A DNA stretch of 64,000 nucleotides from Xanthobacteraceae bacterium (GTDB lineage: Bacteria; Pseudomonadota; Alphaproteobacteria; Rhizobiales; Xanthobacteraceae), in NCBI GenBank assembly GCA_009694215.1, contig SHVN01000001.1:32943-96942 (forward strand). The letters are read 5' to 3'. The notes below the pieces were generated by a model that was given only the letters and a program-made list of their open reading frames with translations, was not told the DNA's origin and did no database searches. Both the position numbers and the translations under genes were made by a program. Of this stretch, positions 9,254-19,690 are shown one piece after another. Numbering within the stretch: the first letter of the stretch is position 1; each line of letters starts with the position of its first letter.

Positions 9254-10219
9254 ATGGCAGGATACCGAATTAGCGCGGCGCTGCTCGGCCTCGCGCTCGC
9301 AGCGATGGCGCCGGCGATCGCCTGCGCGCAGGCGGATCAATATCCCGGCCGCCCGATCACACTGGTGGTGTCATATCCGGCCGGCGGCCTCTCCGACCTG
9401 CCGGCGCGGGCGCTTGCGCCGGAGTTGCAGGCGCGGCTCGGTGTGCCGGTGGTGATCGAGAACCGGGTCGGCGGCTCGGGAATGGTCGCAGGCGCCTACG
9501 TCGCCCGGTCGGAGCCAGGCGGCTATACGCTGCTTGTCACGTCCTCGGCGAACGTGACGAATCCGCAGGGCGTGGCGATGCCCTACAACGTGGTCGCCGA
9601 TTTCGCGCCGGTCGGCATGATCCTGGAAGGCCCGGCGCTGATCCTCATCAGCAATCCGTCGCTGCCCTTGAAGTCGGTTGCCGAGCTGATCGTCTACGGC
9701 AAGGCCAATCCCGGCAAGCTCAGCTTTGGCAGTTCCGGGTCGGGAACGGTGAACGCGCTGGCGATCGCGCAGCTCGGCGCGGAGGCGGGGATCGAGATCG
9801 TCGATGTGCCCTACCGCGGCATCACCCAGGCCGGGATTGCCGTGGTGGCGGGCGAGATCGAAGGCGCCTTCGTGTTTCAGGGCGCCGCCAGGCCGTTGGT
9901 GGCGGAGGGCAAGGCGTGGGGGCTCGCTTCGACCGCGCAGAAGCGCGATCCGGGCTGGCCGGAGCTTCCAACCATGGTCGAAAGCGGCTTTCCGAAATTC
10001 ATTCACCAGGGTTTCGTCGGCCTCGTGGCGCCCGCGAAGACGCCGCCGGCCGTCGTCGCGCTGCTCAACAAGCATGTAAACGAGATCGTCCGCTCCGACG
10101 CCTTCCGCGCGCGCTTCGCGCCCAGCGGTATGCACCCGGTCGAGAACAACAGCCCTGCCGATTTCGACGCCTATATCCGCCGCGAGATCGAGCGCCACAA
10201 GGAGCGCGCGCCGAAGTAG
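9254..10219 (+). CDS. Bug/TctC tripartite tricarboxylate transporter substrate-binding protein
   Basis: Signal peptide, YPGRPITLVVSYPAGG.SD, VVIENR.GGSG, FGSSG.G, VPYRG. Confidence 0.9.
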   Translation: MAGYRISAALLGLALAAMAPAIACAQADQYPGRPITLVVSYPAGGLSDLPARALAPELQARLGVPVVIENRVGGSGMVAGAYVARSEPGGYTLLVTSSANVTNPQGVAMPYNVVADFAPVGMILEGPALILISNPSLPLKSVAELIVYGKANPGKLSFGSSGSGTVNALAIAQLGAEAGIEIVDVPYRGITQAGIAVVAGEIEGAFVFQGAARPLVAEGKAWGLASTAQKRDPGWPELPTMVESGFPKFIHQGFVGLVAPAKTPPAVVALLNKHVNEIVRSDAFRARFAPSGMHPVENNSPADFDAYIRREIERHKERAPK

Positions 10220-10227
10220 AGCGGCCG

Positions 10228-11592
10228 CTACTCCGCCGCTTCGTTGGTGCGCTGTGCGTAGCGGCTCGACGGGCGTGGCAGGCCCAAGTGCTCGCGGAGC
10301 GTGCGCCCGGTGTACTCGGTGCGGAACAGGCCGCGGCGCTGCAATTCCGGGATCACCAGCTCGACGAAGTCGTTGAGAGCGCCCGGCAGGTACGGCGGCA
10401 TGATGTTGAAGCCGTCGGCGGCCTCCTCGACGTACCACTGCTCCATCTGGTCGGCGAGCTGCTTCGGCGTACCGACCATGACGAGCTTGGCGCGGGCGCC
10501 CGCCACCACCTGCGCGATCTGGCGCATGGTGAGTTTGTCCTTCTTAGCCAGCTCGGTGACGTACTTGAACGTGCTCTGGCTGCCGTTCGACATCGGCAGA
10601 TTGTCCGGCAGCGGGCCGTCGAAGTTATAGGGTGTGAGATCGACGCCGCCGAGCACCGTCGACAGGATTTCCCGCGCCACGATCGGATGCATCAGCGAGT
10701 TCTGGTAGTCGTATTTTTCCTTCGCTTCTTCCTCGGTGCGCCCGACATAAGGCGACAGGCCCGGCATCACCTTGAGATGTTCCGGGTGGCGGCCGAACTT
10801 GTCCTGCGCCCGGGTCTTCACCTCCTTGAAATACTTTTGACAGGTATCCATCGTGAGGTTGGCGCTGAAGATCACCTCGGCGAAGCGCGCGGCGACGTCC
10901 ATGCCGTCGTCCGACGTCCCGGCCTGCACGATCACCGGGCGACCCTGCGGCGGACGGGGAATGTTGAGCGGGCCTTTCACCTTGAAGTGCTGGCCGACAT
11001 GGTTGAGGTAATGCATCTTCGCCGGATCGAAGAACCGGCCCGACTCCTTGTCGCGCGGGAATGCGTCGTCGTCCCACGAATCCCACAGCGCGACGACGAT
11101 CTCGGCGAATTCGTTGGCGCGCTGGTAGCGCTCGGCATGGCCGAAGTGGTGGTCGCGGCCGAAATTGCGCGCCTCGACCGCCTGGCCGGACGTGACCAGG
11201 TTCCAGCCGGCGCGCCCGCCGCTGATGTGGTCGAGCGAGGCGAACTTGCGGGCGACGTGGAACGGCTCGTTGTAGCTCGTGCTCGCGGTGCAGGTCAGCC
11301 CGATGCGCTCCGTCACCGCGGCCAGCGCCGAGATCAGCGTGATCGGCTCGAAGTTGGCGATATACTGCGCCGAGCGCGACAGCGCCTCGATATGGGCCTC
11401 GCGCACGCCGATGTTGTCGGCGAGGAAGATCATGTCGAACTTGCCGCGCTCGGCGGTCTGCGCGATCTCGACGTAGTGCTTGAAATTGATGCCGGCGTCG
11501 GCCTGCGACTGCGGATGCCGCCACGAGGCGACATGGTGGCCGGTGGGATTGAAGAAGGCGCCGAGCCGGAGCTGGGCTGACGGTCTTGCCAT
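10228..11592 (-). CDS. LLM class FMN-dependent monooxygenase, NtaA/DszA/SnaA family
   Basis: Start MARPSAQLRLG; AERGKFDMIFLAD, TASTSYNEPFHVARKFASLDHISGGRAGWNLVTS, QAGTS, LQRRGLFRTEY.GRTLREHLGL. Confidence 0.93.
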   Translation of the reverse strand: MARPSAQLRLGAFFNPTGHHVASWRHPQSQADAGINFKHYVEIAQTAERGKFDMIFLADNIGVREAHIEALSRSAQYIANFEPITLISALAAVTERIGLTCTASTSYNEPFHVARKFASLDHISGGRAGWNLVTSGQAVEARNFGRDHHFGHAERYQRANEFAEIVVALWDSWDDDAFPRDKESGRFFDPAKMHYLNHVGQHFKVKGPLNIPRPPQGRPVIVQAGTSDDGMDVAARFAEVIFSANLTMDTCQKYFKEVKTRAQDKFGRHPEHLKVMPGLSPYVGRTEEEAKEKYDYQNSLMHPIVAREILSTVLGGVDLTPYNFDGPLPDNLPMSNGSQSTFKYVTELAKKDKLTMRQIAQVVAGARAKLVMVGTPKQLADQMEQWYVEEAADGFNIMPPYLPGALNDFVELVIPELQRRGLFRTEYTGRTLREHLGLPRPSSRYAQRTNEAAE

Positions 11593-11723
11593 GATGCGAC
11601 TCCGTTGCCGGGAACTTACCGCCCGGCGGCGAGGGCGCGCAAGCACCGCAATGTGCCTGCTACCGCATTGATGGCCCGGCGCTTCTCTCCCAATCTTGGC
11701 GCTTGCCAGGGGAGGAAACCACA

Positions 11724-12703
11724 ATGAACACCGCCGGGTTTTTGCGACGCTGCGCGCCAGCGCTGCTGCTCGCCTGCGCCACAATCGCGTCGCCGGCTTC
11801 GGCGCAGGAGTGGCCATCCCGCAACGTCACGGTGATCGTGCCGCTTGGCGCCGGCAGCGCGACCGACATCGCTTCGCGAATCGTGATGGATCAGGTCAGC
11901 CGGCAGACCGGCCAGGCATTCGTGATCGAGAACCGGACTGGCGCAGGCGGAACGATCGGCGCCGGCATGGTCGCCAAATCGGCGCCCGACGATTACACGG
12001 TCCTGTCCTACGGCGCTCTGTCGATCTCGAATGCGCTTCATTCGAAGCTGTCCTATGACGCGGTGACGATTTCATTCCGGTGATCCCGTTCGGTCATCAG
12101 CCGCTGCTGGTCGTGACCTCGCCGGACAAGGGCTACAAGACGCTTGGCGATTTGATCGCGGCAGCCAAGGCCAAGCCCGGCACGATGAACTACTCGTCGG
12201 CGGGAGTAGGTTCCGCCTCGCACTTCGGGGCCGAGCGCCTGCGCGTCAGCGCCGGGTTCGATGCCCAGCACATCCCGACCAAGGGGGCCGTGGAAGCGGC
12301 GACCGAAATCCTTTCCGGACGGGTCGCCTTCAGCGTGTCGACCTCCTCGACGACATTGCTGCTCATTCAAGAGGGTAAGCTCGTTGTGCTCGCGGTCAGC
12401 GGGCTGAAGCGATCCGCCGTCGTTCCCAACGTGCCGACCACGGTCGAAACCGGGCTGCGGGCCGATTCGGTCTATCCGTTCTACAGCGCGCTCTATCTGC
12501 CGGCGAAGACGCCCCGCGAGGTCGTCGAGAAGCCGCATCGCGAGGTTGCCAAGGCGCTTCAGGCGCCTGCGGTCCAGGAGCGTTTTGCGAAGCTTGGCAT
12601 CGAGCCGATGCCGATGGACGTGGAGCAGTTCGGTAAATTCTTCCGCGACGACGCGGCGTCGAACGCCGCGCTGGTGAAGGCGGCAAACCTGCCGACGCAG
12701 TAG
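11724..12703 (+). pseudogene. Bug/TctC substrate-binding protein, frameshifted
   Basis: The N-half (WPSRNVTVIVPLGAGSATD, ENRTGAGG) and C-half (NYSSAGVGSASH) are in different frames; adding one base near 12067 restores YDAV.DFIPVIPFG. Confidence 0.8.
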
Positions 12704-14080
12704 TTATTTCGGCGCCGCGATGCTCTCCGCGGCGAGCAAGCCGATGGTGGCCTTGATCAGCCCGCCGAAGTAGCCGGAATAGGGGCCGCCATCGAGCCCG
12801 CCGACGGTCGAGCCCGCGGCGAACAGGCCGGGGATCGGCCTGCCGCCGGTGTCGAGCACGCGGGCCCCGCCGTCCACGACGATGCCGCCCATGGTGTTGG
12901 TGATCGCCGCGCAGATCGGCATGGCATAGAACGGCGGCGTTCTGATCGGCCAGGCCTTGGCGCGGTCGCTCCGCCGCGGCGGCGACAGCTTTTGCAGCGT
13001 GCCATCGTCGAACGCCGTGTTGTATTCGCTGACGACGCCGTTCAGCCGCTCCGCTGCGATCCCGATCTTGGCGGCAAGCTCCGCGATGGTGTTGGCCCGA
13101 TGCAGCGTGCCGCCGGTCTCCGGCACCAGCGGGTTGGGTGGTTGGACGTGGTTGCGGCCCGGCCCCTCCCAGATCGCCTGGTCGAATACGATCGTGGTGC
13201 CGAGCGGATCGGGCAGACGGGCGATGGCGTTGGAGAGGTAAATGCCGCCATAGCCCTCGTCAGCGACGCGCCTTCCCTCGGCGTCGATGACGATGCCCGC
13301 GGCCGCCAGATCGTCGGCCTGCGGCCGCGGCCAGAGCTGCGCGTTGGTCATCGCTTCGCGGCTGTGCAGATGGCCATAGAAATTTCCCATTTCGCTGGTC
13401 GTGGCGGCGCCGAGCGCCTGCGCCATGAGAAGCCCGTCGCCGGTCGCGGTGCCGCCGTGCCGCTGCAGCAGCCGCTCGGGCGCCGGCGAAATATGCGTGC
13501 GGACCATCTCGCTGTTAGCCTGGAAACCGCCGTCGGCGATCACCACCGATGTCGCGCGGAGCGGTTTTGCACCCTCGACTTCGACTTCGATCCCCGGATT
13601 GGCAAGGCGCAGCGCGCGCGCCTTGACCCCCCGCAGGATTTTGCCGCCGCGCCTGTTCAGGTTGGCTTCGAGCCGTTTCAACGCCACGTCGCCGGCAAAG
13701 CCGTTCCACTTCAACCCCGCGCCGCTTCGCTGCACTGGCGACAGCACGTTGGTGTGGTACTGGCCGAGGTCGATCAGCTCGATGCCTTCGCTCCGCAGCC
13801 ATTGCATCAGGCGGCGGCCGTCCCTGGCGACGGCGCGCGTGATGTCCTTGTGCGCGGTGCCGTCGGTGACCTCCTCGACCTTGCGGACCAACTCGTCCTC
13901 GGCGGCCATCACGTCGGTGAAGTTGATGTGGAAGGTGCCGTAGGTGTAGCGCGAGTTGCAGATGTACTGCTGCTCCGGGCTCTTCTCCAGCACCGCCACG
14001 CGCTTGCCGAGTTCGGCCGCGCGGTTGGCGGCGACCAGTCCGGCGATGCCGCCGCCGATGACAATAACGTCTTCATTCAT
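12704..14080 (-). CDS. FAD-dependent oxidoreductase, FAD_binding_2 (TcuA/flavocytochrome c/KstD-like)
   Basis: DVIVIGGGIAG, VVIADGGFQAN, TGDG, TPPFYA, ITNTMGGIVVD, IPGLFAAG. Confidence 0.85.
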   Translation of the reverse strand: MNEDVIVIGGGIAGLVAANRAAELGKRVAVLEKSPEQQYICNSRYTYGTFHINFTDVMAAEDELVRKVEEVTDGTAHKDITRAVARDGRRLMQWLRSEGIELIDLGQYHTNVLSPVQRSGAGLKWNGFAGDVALKRLEANLNRRGGKILRGVKARALRLANPGIEVEVEGAKPLRATSVVIADGGFQANSEMVRTHISPAPERLLQRHGGTATGDGLLMAQALGAATTSEMGNFYGHLHSREAMTNAQLWPRPQADDLAAAGIVIDAEGRRVADEGYGGIYLSNAIARLPDPLGTTIVFDQAIWEGPGRNHVQPPNPLVPETGGTLHRANTIAELAAKIGIAAERLNGVVSEYNTAFDDGTLQKLSPPRRSDRAKAWPIRTPPFYAMPICAAITNTMGGIVVDGGARVLDTGGRPIPGLFAAGSTVGGLDGGPYSGYFGGLIKATIGLLAAESIAAPK

Positions 14081-14111
14081 CGTTCAAGCACTCTCCACGA
14101 GCAGCAGCGGC

Positions 14112-15071
14112 TCAATCGATCTTTGCGCCGACCTTCTTGATGATCGCTTCCCAATGCTGCGAATCGCTCTCGACCAGCTTTCTGAATTCCGCGGGCGAGA
14201 GGGTCACGCGCTCGAAGCTGTTTTTCTCGAAGAATTCCTTCGACTGCGGCAGATCGAGCGCCTTGCTGACGTCGGCGTGGATTTTCTGCACCAGTTCCGG
14301 CGGCATGTTCGGCGGGCCGAACATCGCGAACCACACCGAAGTCTGGAAGCCCGGCACGCCCGCTTCCGCGATTGTCGGCAGGTCGGGCCGTGCCTGGATG
14401 CGCTTCTCGCCCGCGGCGGCTAGAATGCTGACCTTCCCGGTCTTCTCGTGCGCTTCGATGCTGCTCAGATTGAGCAGCAGCATGTTCACGTCGCCCGCCA
14501 GCAGCGCGTTCGCGGCCGGCGCCGCCCCGCGGAAGGGAATGTGCACGATGTCGGTGCCGGTGCGCAGCTTGAAGTCCTCCATGCTCAGATGCGCATAAGT
14601 CCCGATCCCGTATGAGCCGTAGTTCAGTGTGCCGGGCTTGGATTTCGTCAGGGCGATCAGCTCCTGGACCGACTTCGCCGGCACCGAAGCGTTCACCACC
14701 AGCACCGGAGTGCCGCGGCATAACACGACGATCGGTGTGAACTCCTTGGCGTTGTAGGACAGCTTGCTGGACATATAGGGATTGGCGGTGATGGTGGCGT
14801 CGGACGTCACCAGCAGCGTCAGCCCATCCGCGGGCGAGCGTTCCACGGCCTGCGATCCCACGCCGCCGTTGCCGCCTGGACGGTTGTCGACGATGACGGT
14901 CTGGTTCAGCGTCTCGCCCAGTCGTTGCGCGACGATCCGGGCCATCGTGTCGGTCACGCCGCCGGCGGGAGTCGGCACGATCAGCCGCACCTGGCCGTTG
15001 GGATAGGTCTGCGCGTTGGCCACGCAGGCGAGGGCGAGAGTGGTCAGGACCGTGGCTGCTATACGAAACAT
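14112..15071 (-). CDS. Bug/TctC substrate-binding protein
   Basis: Signal peptide, VRLIVPTPAGGVTD, DNRPGGNG, NYGSYG.G, HIPFRG. Confidence 0.92.
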   Translation of the reverse strand: MFRIAATVLTTLALACVANAQTYPNGQVRLIVPTPAGGVTDTMARIVAQRLGETLNQTVIVDNRPGGNGGVGSQAVERSPADGLTLLVTSDATITANPYMSSKLSYNAKEFTPIVVLCRGTPVLVVNASVPAKSVQELIALTKSKPGTLNYGSYGIGTYAHLSMEDFKLRTGTDIVHIPFRGAAPAANALLAGDVNMLLLNLSSIEAHEKTGKVSILAAAGEKRIQARPDLPTIAEAGVPGFQTSVWFAMFGPPNMPPELVQKIHADVSKALDLPQSKEFFEKNSFERVTLSPAEFRKLVESDSQHWEAIIKKVGAKID

Positions 15072-15095
15072 TGCCGTCTCCTCCCTGTTTGTCTG

Positions 15096-15605
15096 TTATC
15101 GCGCGCTGTTCATGCCCATGACCGGCTTGCCGATGCCGAGCGGTTGGCCGTCGACCAGGACGAAGGCGACGCGCGCGTTCCTGCCGCTGCGGTTGGCCCA
15201 GGCGTGGTTGGTGCCGCGCTGGACCATGATGTCGCCCGCCTTCAGCTTCACCGTCGAATCGTCCATGTCCATCTCGATCTCGCCGTCGATCACGATCACG
15301 TAATCGATGGTCTCGGTGCGGTGCATGTGCGGGTGGTTGCCGGGCGGGAAGTCGATGACGCAGAAGCGCGTGCCGTTGGCCGGCGGCGGCGTGCCGACGA
15401 TGCGCGCGCCCATGTCCTCGATCGCCTCGCCGATCGCGATGTCGGCGGGATTCTTGTCGGTGATCCACATCAGGGTGGACCGACCCTCGGCGCCCTTGGC
15501 GTTGGTCGCCGGGGCGTCGATCAGCGCCTTGGCGACACCTTTGGCGTCATGCCCGGTGACCACGCGCCGGATCGGCGGGAAGGATTTCCAATGTTCATTC
15601 GCCAT
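15096..15605 (-). CDS. Cupin domain-containing protein
   Basis: Start MANEHW; IRRVVTGHD..G, MHRTETIDY, GD..VQRGTNHAWANR cupin His motifs. Confidence 0.9.
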   Translation of the reverse strand: MANEHWKSFPPIRRVVTGHDAKGVAKALIDAPATNAKGAEGRSTLMWITDKNPADIAIGEAIEDMGARIVGTPPPANGTRFCVIDFPPGNHPHMHRTETIDYVIVIDGEIEMDMDDSTVKLKAGDIMVQRGTNHAWANRSGRNARVAFVLVDGQPLGIGKPVMGMNSAR

Positions 15606-15628
15606 GACCGTCCTTTCGATGAAGCGTC

Positions 15629-16594
15629 CTATGCCGCGGGCCGCGCGACGTTGATCATGCCCTTCAGATCGCCCTTGAGGAAGCAGCTCATGTTGTGCTC
15701 GAGGATCGGCATGGCGAGATCGACATAGGTGTCGCAGAAGCCGCCCTGGTGCGTCGTGATGATGACGTTCTTGAAATCCCACAGCGGATGCTCCGGCGGC
15801 AGCGGCTCCTGGCTGAACACATCCAGCGCCGCGCCGGCGAGTTTTTTGTTACGCAGCGCCTCGACCAGCGCCTCCTCGTCGACCACGCCGCCGCGCGCGA
15901 CATTAATGAAGTAGCTTGTGGGCTTCATCGCCGCGAACACCTTGGCGTCGATCATGTGGTGGGTGGCGGCGGAGTAGGGCGTTAGCAGCACCAGATAGTC
16001 GAGCCCCGGCAGGACCCCCGGAAGCTCGCTCATGGCATGCACGCGGTCGAAGCCCGCGACCACGCGCGGCTTCGAGGTGATGCCGATCACCGTCATGCCC
16101 ATCGCCTTGCACTTCGGCGCCAGCGCCTCGGCGATCACGCCGATGCCGAGAATGCCGACGGTCTTGCTGTGCAGGAGCCTGGCCGGCCAGCGCTTCCATT
16201 GATGCTCGTCCTGCGCGCGCACCGCGCCCGGAAGATCGCGGGACAGCGCCAGCATCGAGGCGAGTGCTGCTTCCGACACCGGCGCGCCATGCACGCCATG
16301 CAGACTCGTGACGGTGACGCCAGGCTTCAGCGCCGGCTGGTCGGTGATGCCGTCGAGGCCGGTGCCGAGCGCCTGCACCCACTTCAGGTTGCGGGCCTCG
16401 ACGAGGTCGAGCTTCAGGTTCTTCATCATCTGCCCGAAGGTGAGCAGCACGTCGGCGTCGGCCAGCGCCGAACCGAGCCTGTCGCGCGACGACACCACGT
16501 CGATCTGCAGATCGGGAAATGCAAGGCTAAAGCGGGCGCGGTATTCGCCGGTGACGTCGGGCGGGAGCGTGAGCAGGATCAGCAGACGGGGCAT
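15629..16594 (-). CDS. D-2-hydroxyacid dehydrogenase
   Basis: Start MPRLLILL; GILGIGVIA Rossmann motif, INVARGGVVDE, ALDVF.QEPL, TTHQGG catalytic His. Confidence 0.92.
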   Translation of the reverse strand: MPRLLILLTLPPDVTGEYRARFSLAFPDLQIDVVSSRDRLGSALADADVLLTFGQMMKNLKLDLVEARNLKWVQALGTGLDGITDQPALKPGVTVTSLHGVHGAPVSEAALASMLALSRDLPGAVRAQDEHQWKRWPARLLHSKTVGILGIGVIAEALAPKCKAMGMTVIGITSKPRVVAGFDRVHAMSELPGVLPGLDYLVLLTPYSAATHHMIDAKVFAAMKPTSYFINVARGGVVDEEALVEALRNKKLAGAALDVFSQEPLPPEHPLWDFKNVIITTHQGGFCDTYVDLAMPILEHNMSCFLKGDLKGMINVARPAA

Positions 16595-16686
16595 GGAAGG
16601 GCGGTTCCTGAAAGCAAGCGATATGGATCGGGCGGAAATAGAGCAGCGCCCCCTGGGGTGTGGCAAGTGGCGGCGGGGCCGCGGTG

Positions 16687-17529
16687 TCACGCCGTCGTCG
16701 GCTCGTTGGCCTCCTGATGCCAGATCAGCAACCGCCGCCGCAGGATCGACATCGCCTTGATCAGCACATAGCCGACGATGGCGATCTCGACAATGCCGGC
16801 GAACACGCCGCGCGAGTCGGCGAAGCGCGAGGCCGTCATCATCGCGCCGCCGAGGCCGTAGCCGCCCATCAGCATCTCCGCCACCACTGCGACGATCATC
16901 GACAGCGGCAGCGCGACCTGCAGGCCCGTAAGAACCTGCGGCGCCGCCGCCGGCAGAACGATCTGCCACATCAGCTCGCGGTCGTTGGCGCCCATGTTGC
17001 GCGCCGACCAGATCAGCTCGCGCTCGACGCTGCGGATGGCAATGAGCGTCGCGGCGATGACTGGGAAGATGGCATCGACAACGATGATGGTGATCTTGGC
17101 GACGTCATAGACGCCGAGCCACAGGATCACGACCGGCAGGAAGGCGATTTTCGGCATCGGAAAGCCGACCGACACGATCGGATCGAAGAACCAGTTGGCG
17201 ATGGCGTTGCGCGACATCGCCACGCCGATCAGGACTCCTCCGACCATGGAAATGAGAAAACCGACTAGCGCACGATAGACCGTAAGCCCGGTGTTGATGG
17301 CGAGCTCGCCGGAAATGGCGTCGGACCAGATGCGCTCGATCACCGATGAGAGCGACGGCAGCACGAAAGGCGTGAACGCGCCGCTGCGCGCCAGTCCCTC
17401 CCACGCCACGATCAGCGCGAGGATGGAGAACACGCGCGCGAAGCCCCACAGCAGCTTGCGCGCGAGGGACGGCGCTGGCCCCTCCAGCAAGGCCGCATGG
17501 TCCAGCGTTAGAGCGTCTGTTCGCGCCAT
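16687..17529 (-). CDS. ABC transporter permease, NitT/TauT family
   Basis: PKIAFLP...W.G, ARNMGA...QIVLPAA.P, AEM..G.G. Confidence 0.9.
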   Translation of the reverse strand: MARTDALTLDHAALLEGPAPSLARKLLWGFARVFSILALIVAWEGLARSGAFTPFVLPSLSSVIERIWSDAISGELAINTGLTVYRALVGFLISMVGGVLIGVAMSRNAIANWFFDPIVSVGFPMPKIAFLPVVILWLGVYDVAKITIIVVDAIFPVIAATLIAIRSVERELIWSARNMGANDRELMWQIVLPAAAPQVLTGLQVALPLSMIVAVVAEMLMGGYGLGGAMMTASRFADSRGVFAGIVEIAIVGYVLIKAMSILRRRLLIWHQEANEPTTA

Positions 17530-18260
17530 CGCAGCATCCGGTTCATGAGCATCTGGTAGCCGCGATCGGCGGCGAATCCGAGCAGCGAGACCGTCATCAC
17601 CACGGCATACATCGCCTCATAGGAGCCGTTGGCGCCGAGGAAGCCGATCAGATAGCCAAGGCCTTCGCGGGCCACGATCAGCTCCGAGCTGACCAGCAGG
17701 ATGAACGACAGCGCCAGCGCCGTGCGGATGCCGTTGAGCAGTTCCGGCATGGCGCTCGGCAGCACCACGTCCCACAGCATGCGCAGCCGATTGGCGCCCA
17801 TGCTGCGCGCCGACCAGACCAGCGTCTGTTCGCTCGATCGTGCGCCGTTGAACGCGCTGATGGTGACCGGGATCATGCAGCCCATGAAGATCAGCAGGAT
17901 CTTCGAGCCGTTGCCGAAGCCAAGCCAGATCACCGTGACCGGGATCAATGCGGATTTTGGCAGCGGATAGAAAATCTCGACCAGCGGGCTCAGAAGCACG
18001 TTGATCGGCTTCCACCACGCCATGCCGATGCCGAGCGCGGTCCCGATCACGATGGCCAGCAGCAGGCCCGCTCCGGCGCGATAAAGCGAGGCCCCGGTGT
18101 TGCCGGCCAGCTCGCCGGTTCTGACGAGATCGATCCAGCTCACCATGACCTCGCTCAGCGGCGGCAGCGCGGAGGACGACACGAGCTCAAGTCGCGCCGT
18201 GGCCTCCCACGCCATCGCGAGCAAAACGAGTGGCAGATAGCGGAACACGGCCGACTTCAT
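17508..18260 (-). CDS. ABC transporter permease, NitT/TauT family
   Basis: Start MKSAVFRY; PKSALIP...WLG.G, ARSMGA...VVLPSAMP. Confidence 0.9.
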   Translation of the reverse strand: MKSAVFRYLPLVLLAMAWEATARLELVSSSALPPLSEVMVSWIDLVRTGELAGNTGASLYRAGAGLLLAIVIGTALGIGMAWWKPINVLLSPLVEIFYPLPKSALIPVTVIWLGFGNGSKILLIFMGCMIPVTISAFNGARSSEQTLVWSARSMGANRLRMLWDVVLPSAMPELLNGIRTALALSFILLVSSELIVAREGLGYLIGFLGANGSYEAMYAVVMTVSLLGFAADRGYQMLMNRMLRWREQTL

Positions 18261-19048
18261 GGCGCGCGGCGCTCCGCCTTGATCGCCTCGTCGCGAACGA
18301 GATTCCACAGCTCGTCCACCTTCTCGACGAAGCCCTTGGACTTGAAAATGCCGGCGTCCTTCTTGTCGAACTTGGTGTCGACGATGGTCTTGATCCGGCC
18401 GGGCCGCGCCGACATCACCGCGACGCGATCGGCGAGATAGACCGCCTCCTGCACGTCATGGGTGACGAAGATCACTGTCTTGGGCGTGCGCTGCCAGATG
18501 CTCAGGAGCTCGGCTTGCATCAGATGGCGTGTCTGGGCGTCGAGTGCACCGAACGGCTCGTCCATCAGCAGGATGCTCGGATCGAAAGCGAGCGTCCGGG
18601 CCAGCGCGGTGCGCTGCTTCATGCCGCCGGACAATTGCGACGGATAACTGTCTTCGAATCCGCCGAGGCCGACCAGATCGATGAAGTGCTGCGCCTGTTC
18701 CTCGCGCTCGGCGCGCGGCATAGTCTTGCGTTCCAGGCCGTAGAGGATGTTGTCGCGAACGGTCTTCCACGGAAACAGCGCGAAATGCTGGAACACAATG
18801 CCGCGGTCGGGTCCGGGCGCTTTCACCGGCTCGCCGTTGACCGTGATCGAGCCCTTCTCGACCGGCAGGAAGCCGCCGATGAGATAAAGCAGCGTGGACT
18901 TGCCGCAGCCGGAGGGGCCGAGCAGCGCCACGAATTCGCGTTGCTGGACCTGCAGCGAAATCTCCTCAAGCGCCAGCACCGGGCGCCCGCGCGGCGGCCG
19001 GTAGACGTGCGCCACTTTGTCGATGGCGATCTGCGGCTGGCTGCTCAT
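18257..19048 (-). CDS. ABC transporter ATP-binding protein, NitT/TauT family
   Basis: GPSGCGKST, LSGGMKQR, LMDEPFGALD, VTHD. Confidence 0.93.
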   Translation of the reverse strand: MSSQPQIAIDKVAHVYRPPRGRPVLALEEISLQVQQREFVALLGPSGCGKSTLLYLIGGFLPVEKGSITVNGEPVKAPGPDRGIVFQHFALFPWKTVRDNILYGLERKTMPRAEREEQAQHFIDLVGLGGFEDSYPSQLSGGMKQRTALARTLAFDPSILLMDEPFGALDAQTRHLMQAELLSIWQRTPKTVIFVTHDVQEAVYLADRVAVMSARPGRIKTIVDTKFDKKDAGIFKSKGFVEKVDELWNLVRDEAIKAERRAP

Positions 19049-19075
19049 CCTGACACGGACTTTGATGAAGGGGCG

Positions 19076-19690
19076 CTATTTCGTCAGTGCCTTGTCGACG
19101 TACTCGTGCGTGTAGGTGGCCGCTACGTCGATGCTGGCGATCCGCACGCTGGCGTCGAACTCGCGCAGCACGTTCAGGGCGGTGTCCGCGCTCTCGCGGC
19201 TCAGCCCGCCGTCCGGCGAATACATCGGCACGCTGCTGCAGATCGAGCGGACGAACAGGTCTATGTTGCCCAGCGCGGTGACGCCGATCTTCATGCCCTT
19301 GAGATTGGCCGGGCCTTTGTAGGACGCAGCCTTCGGGCCGGTGAGCGCAAGCACGAAGCCCGGAAACCGTCCGAGCTGGACCACCGCCATGATCGGCCGA
19401 TTCTTCGCCTGCATCTGGATGGTGTGGTTGAAGGATCCGGTGACCACATCGGCGCTGCCGCCCATCAGCGCCTGGAGCGCTCTGGCGCCGCCGGAAAGGT
19501 CGGAGATCTCGACATTGAGGCCTTCATCCTTGAAGTAGCCGAGCCGGTCGGTGACCGTGAGCGGAAGGTAATAGAGAGCCGACTGGCCGCCGACCGCGAG
19601 CCGCACCTTGGTCTGCGCGACGGCATCCGTGGCCATCGAGAGCGCCGCGGCCAGCGCCATTGCTGCAACCACTCGTGCCATGCGTCTCAT
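19076..19690 (-). pseudogene. NitT/TauT ABC substrate-binding protein with large in-frame internal deletion
   Basis: Only 204 aa. The N-part ends KGMKIGVTA and jumps to LGNIDLFVRSI..S.PMYSPDG, normally near the C-terminus; the second lobe is missing (junction about 19270-19277). Confidence 0.75.
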
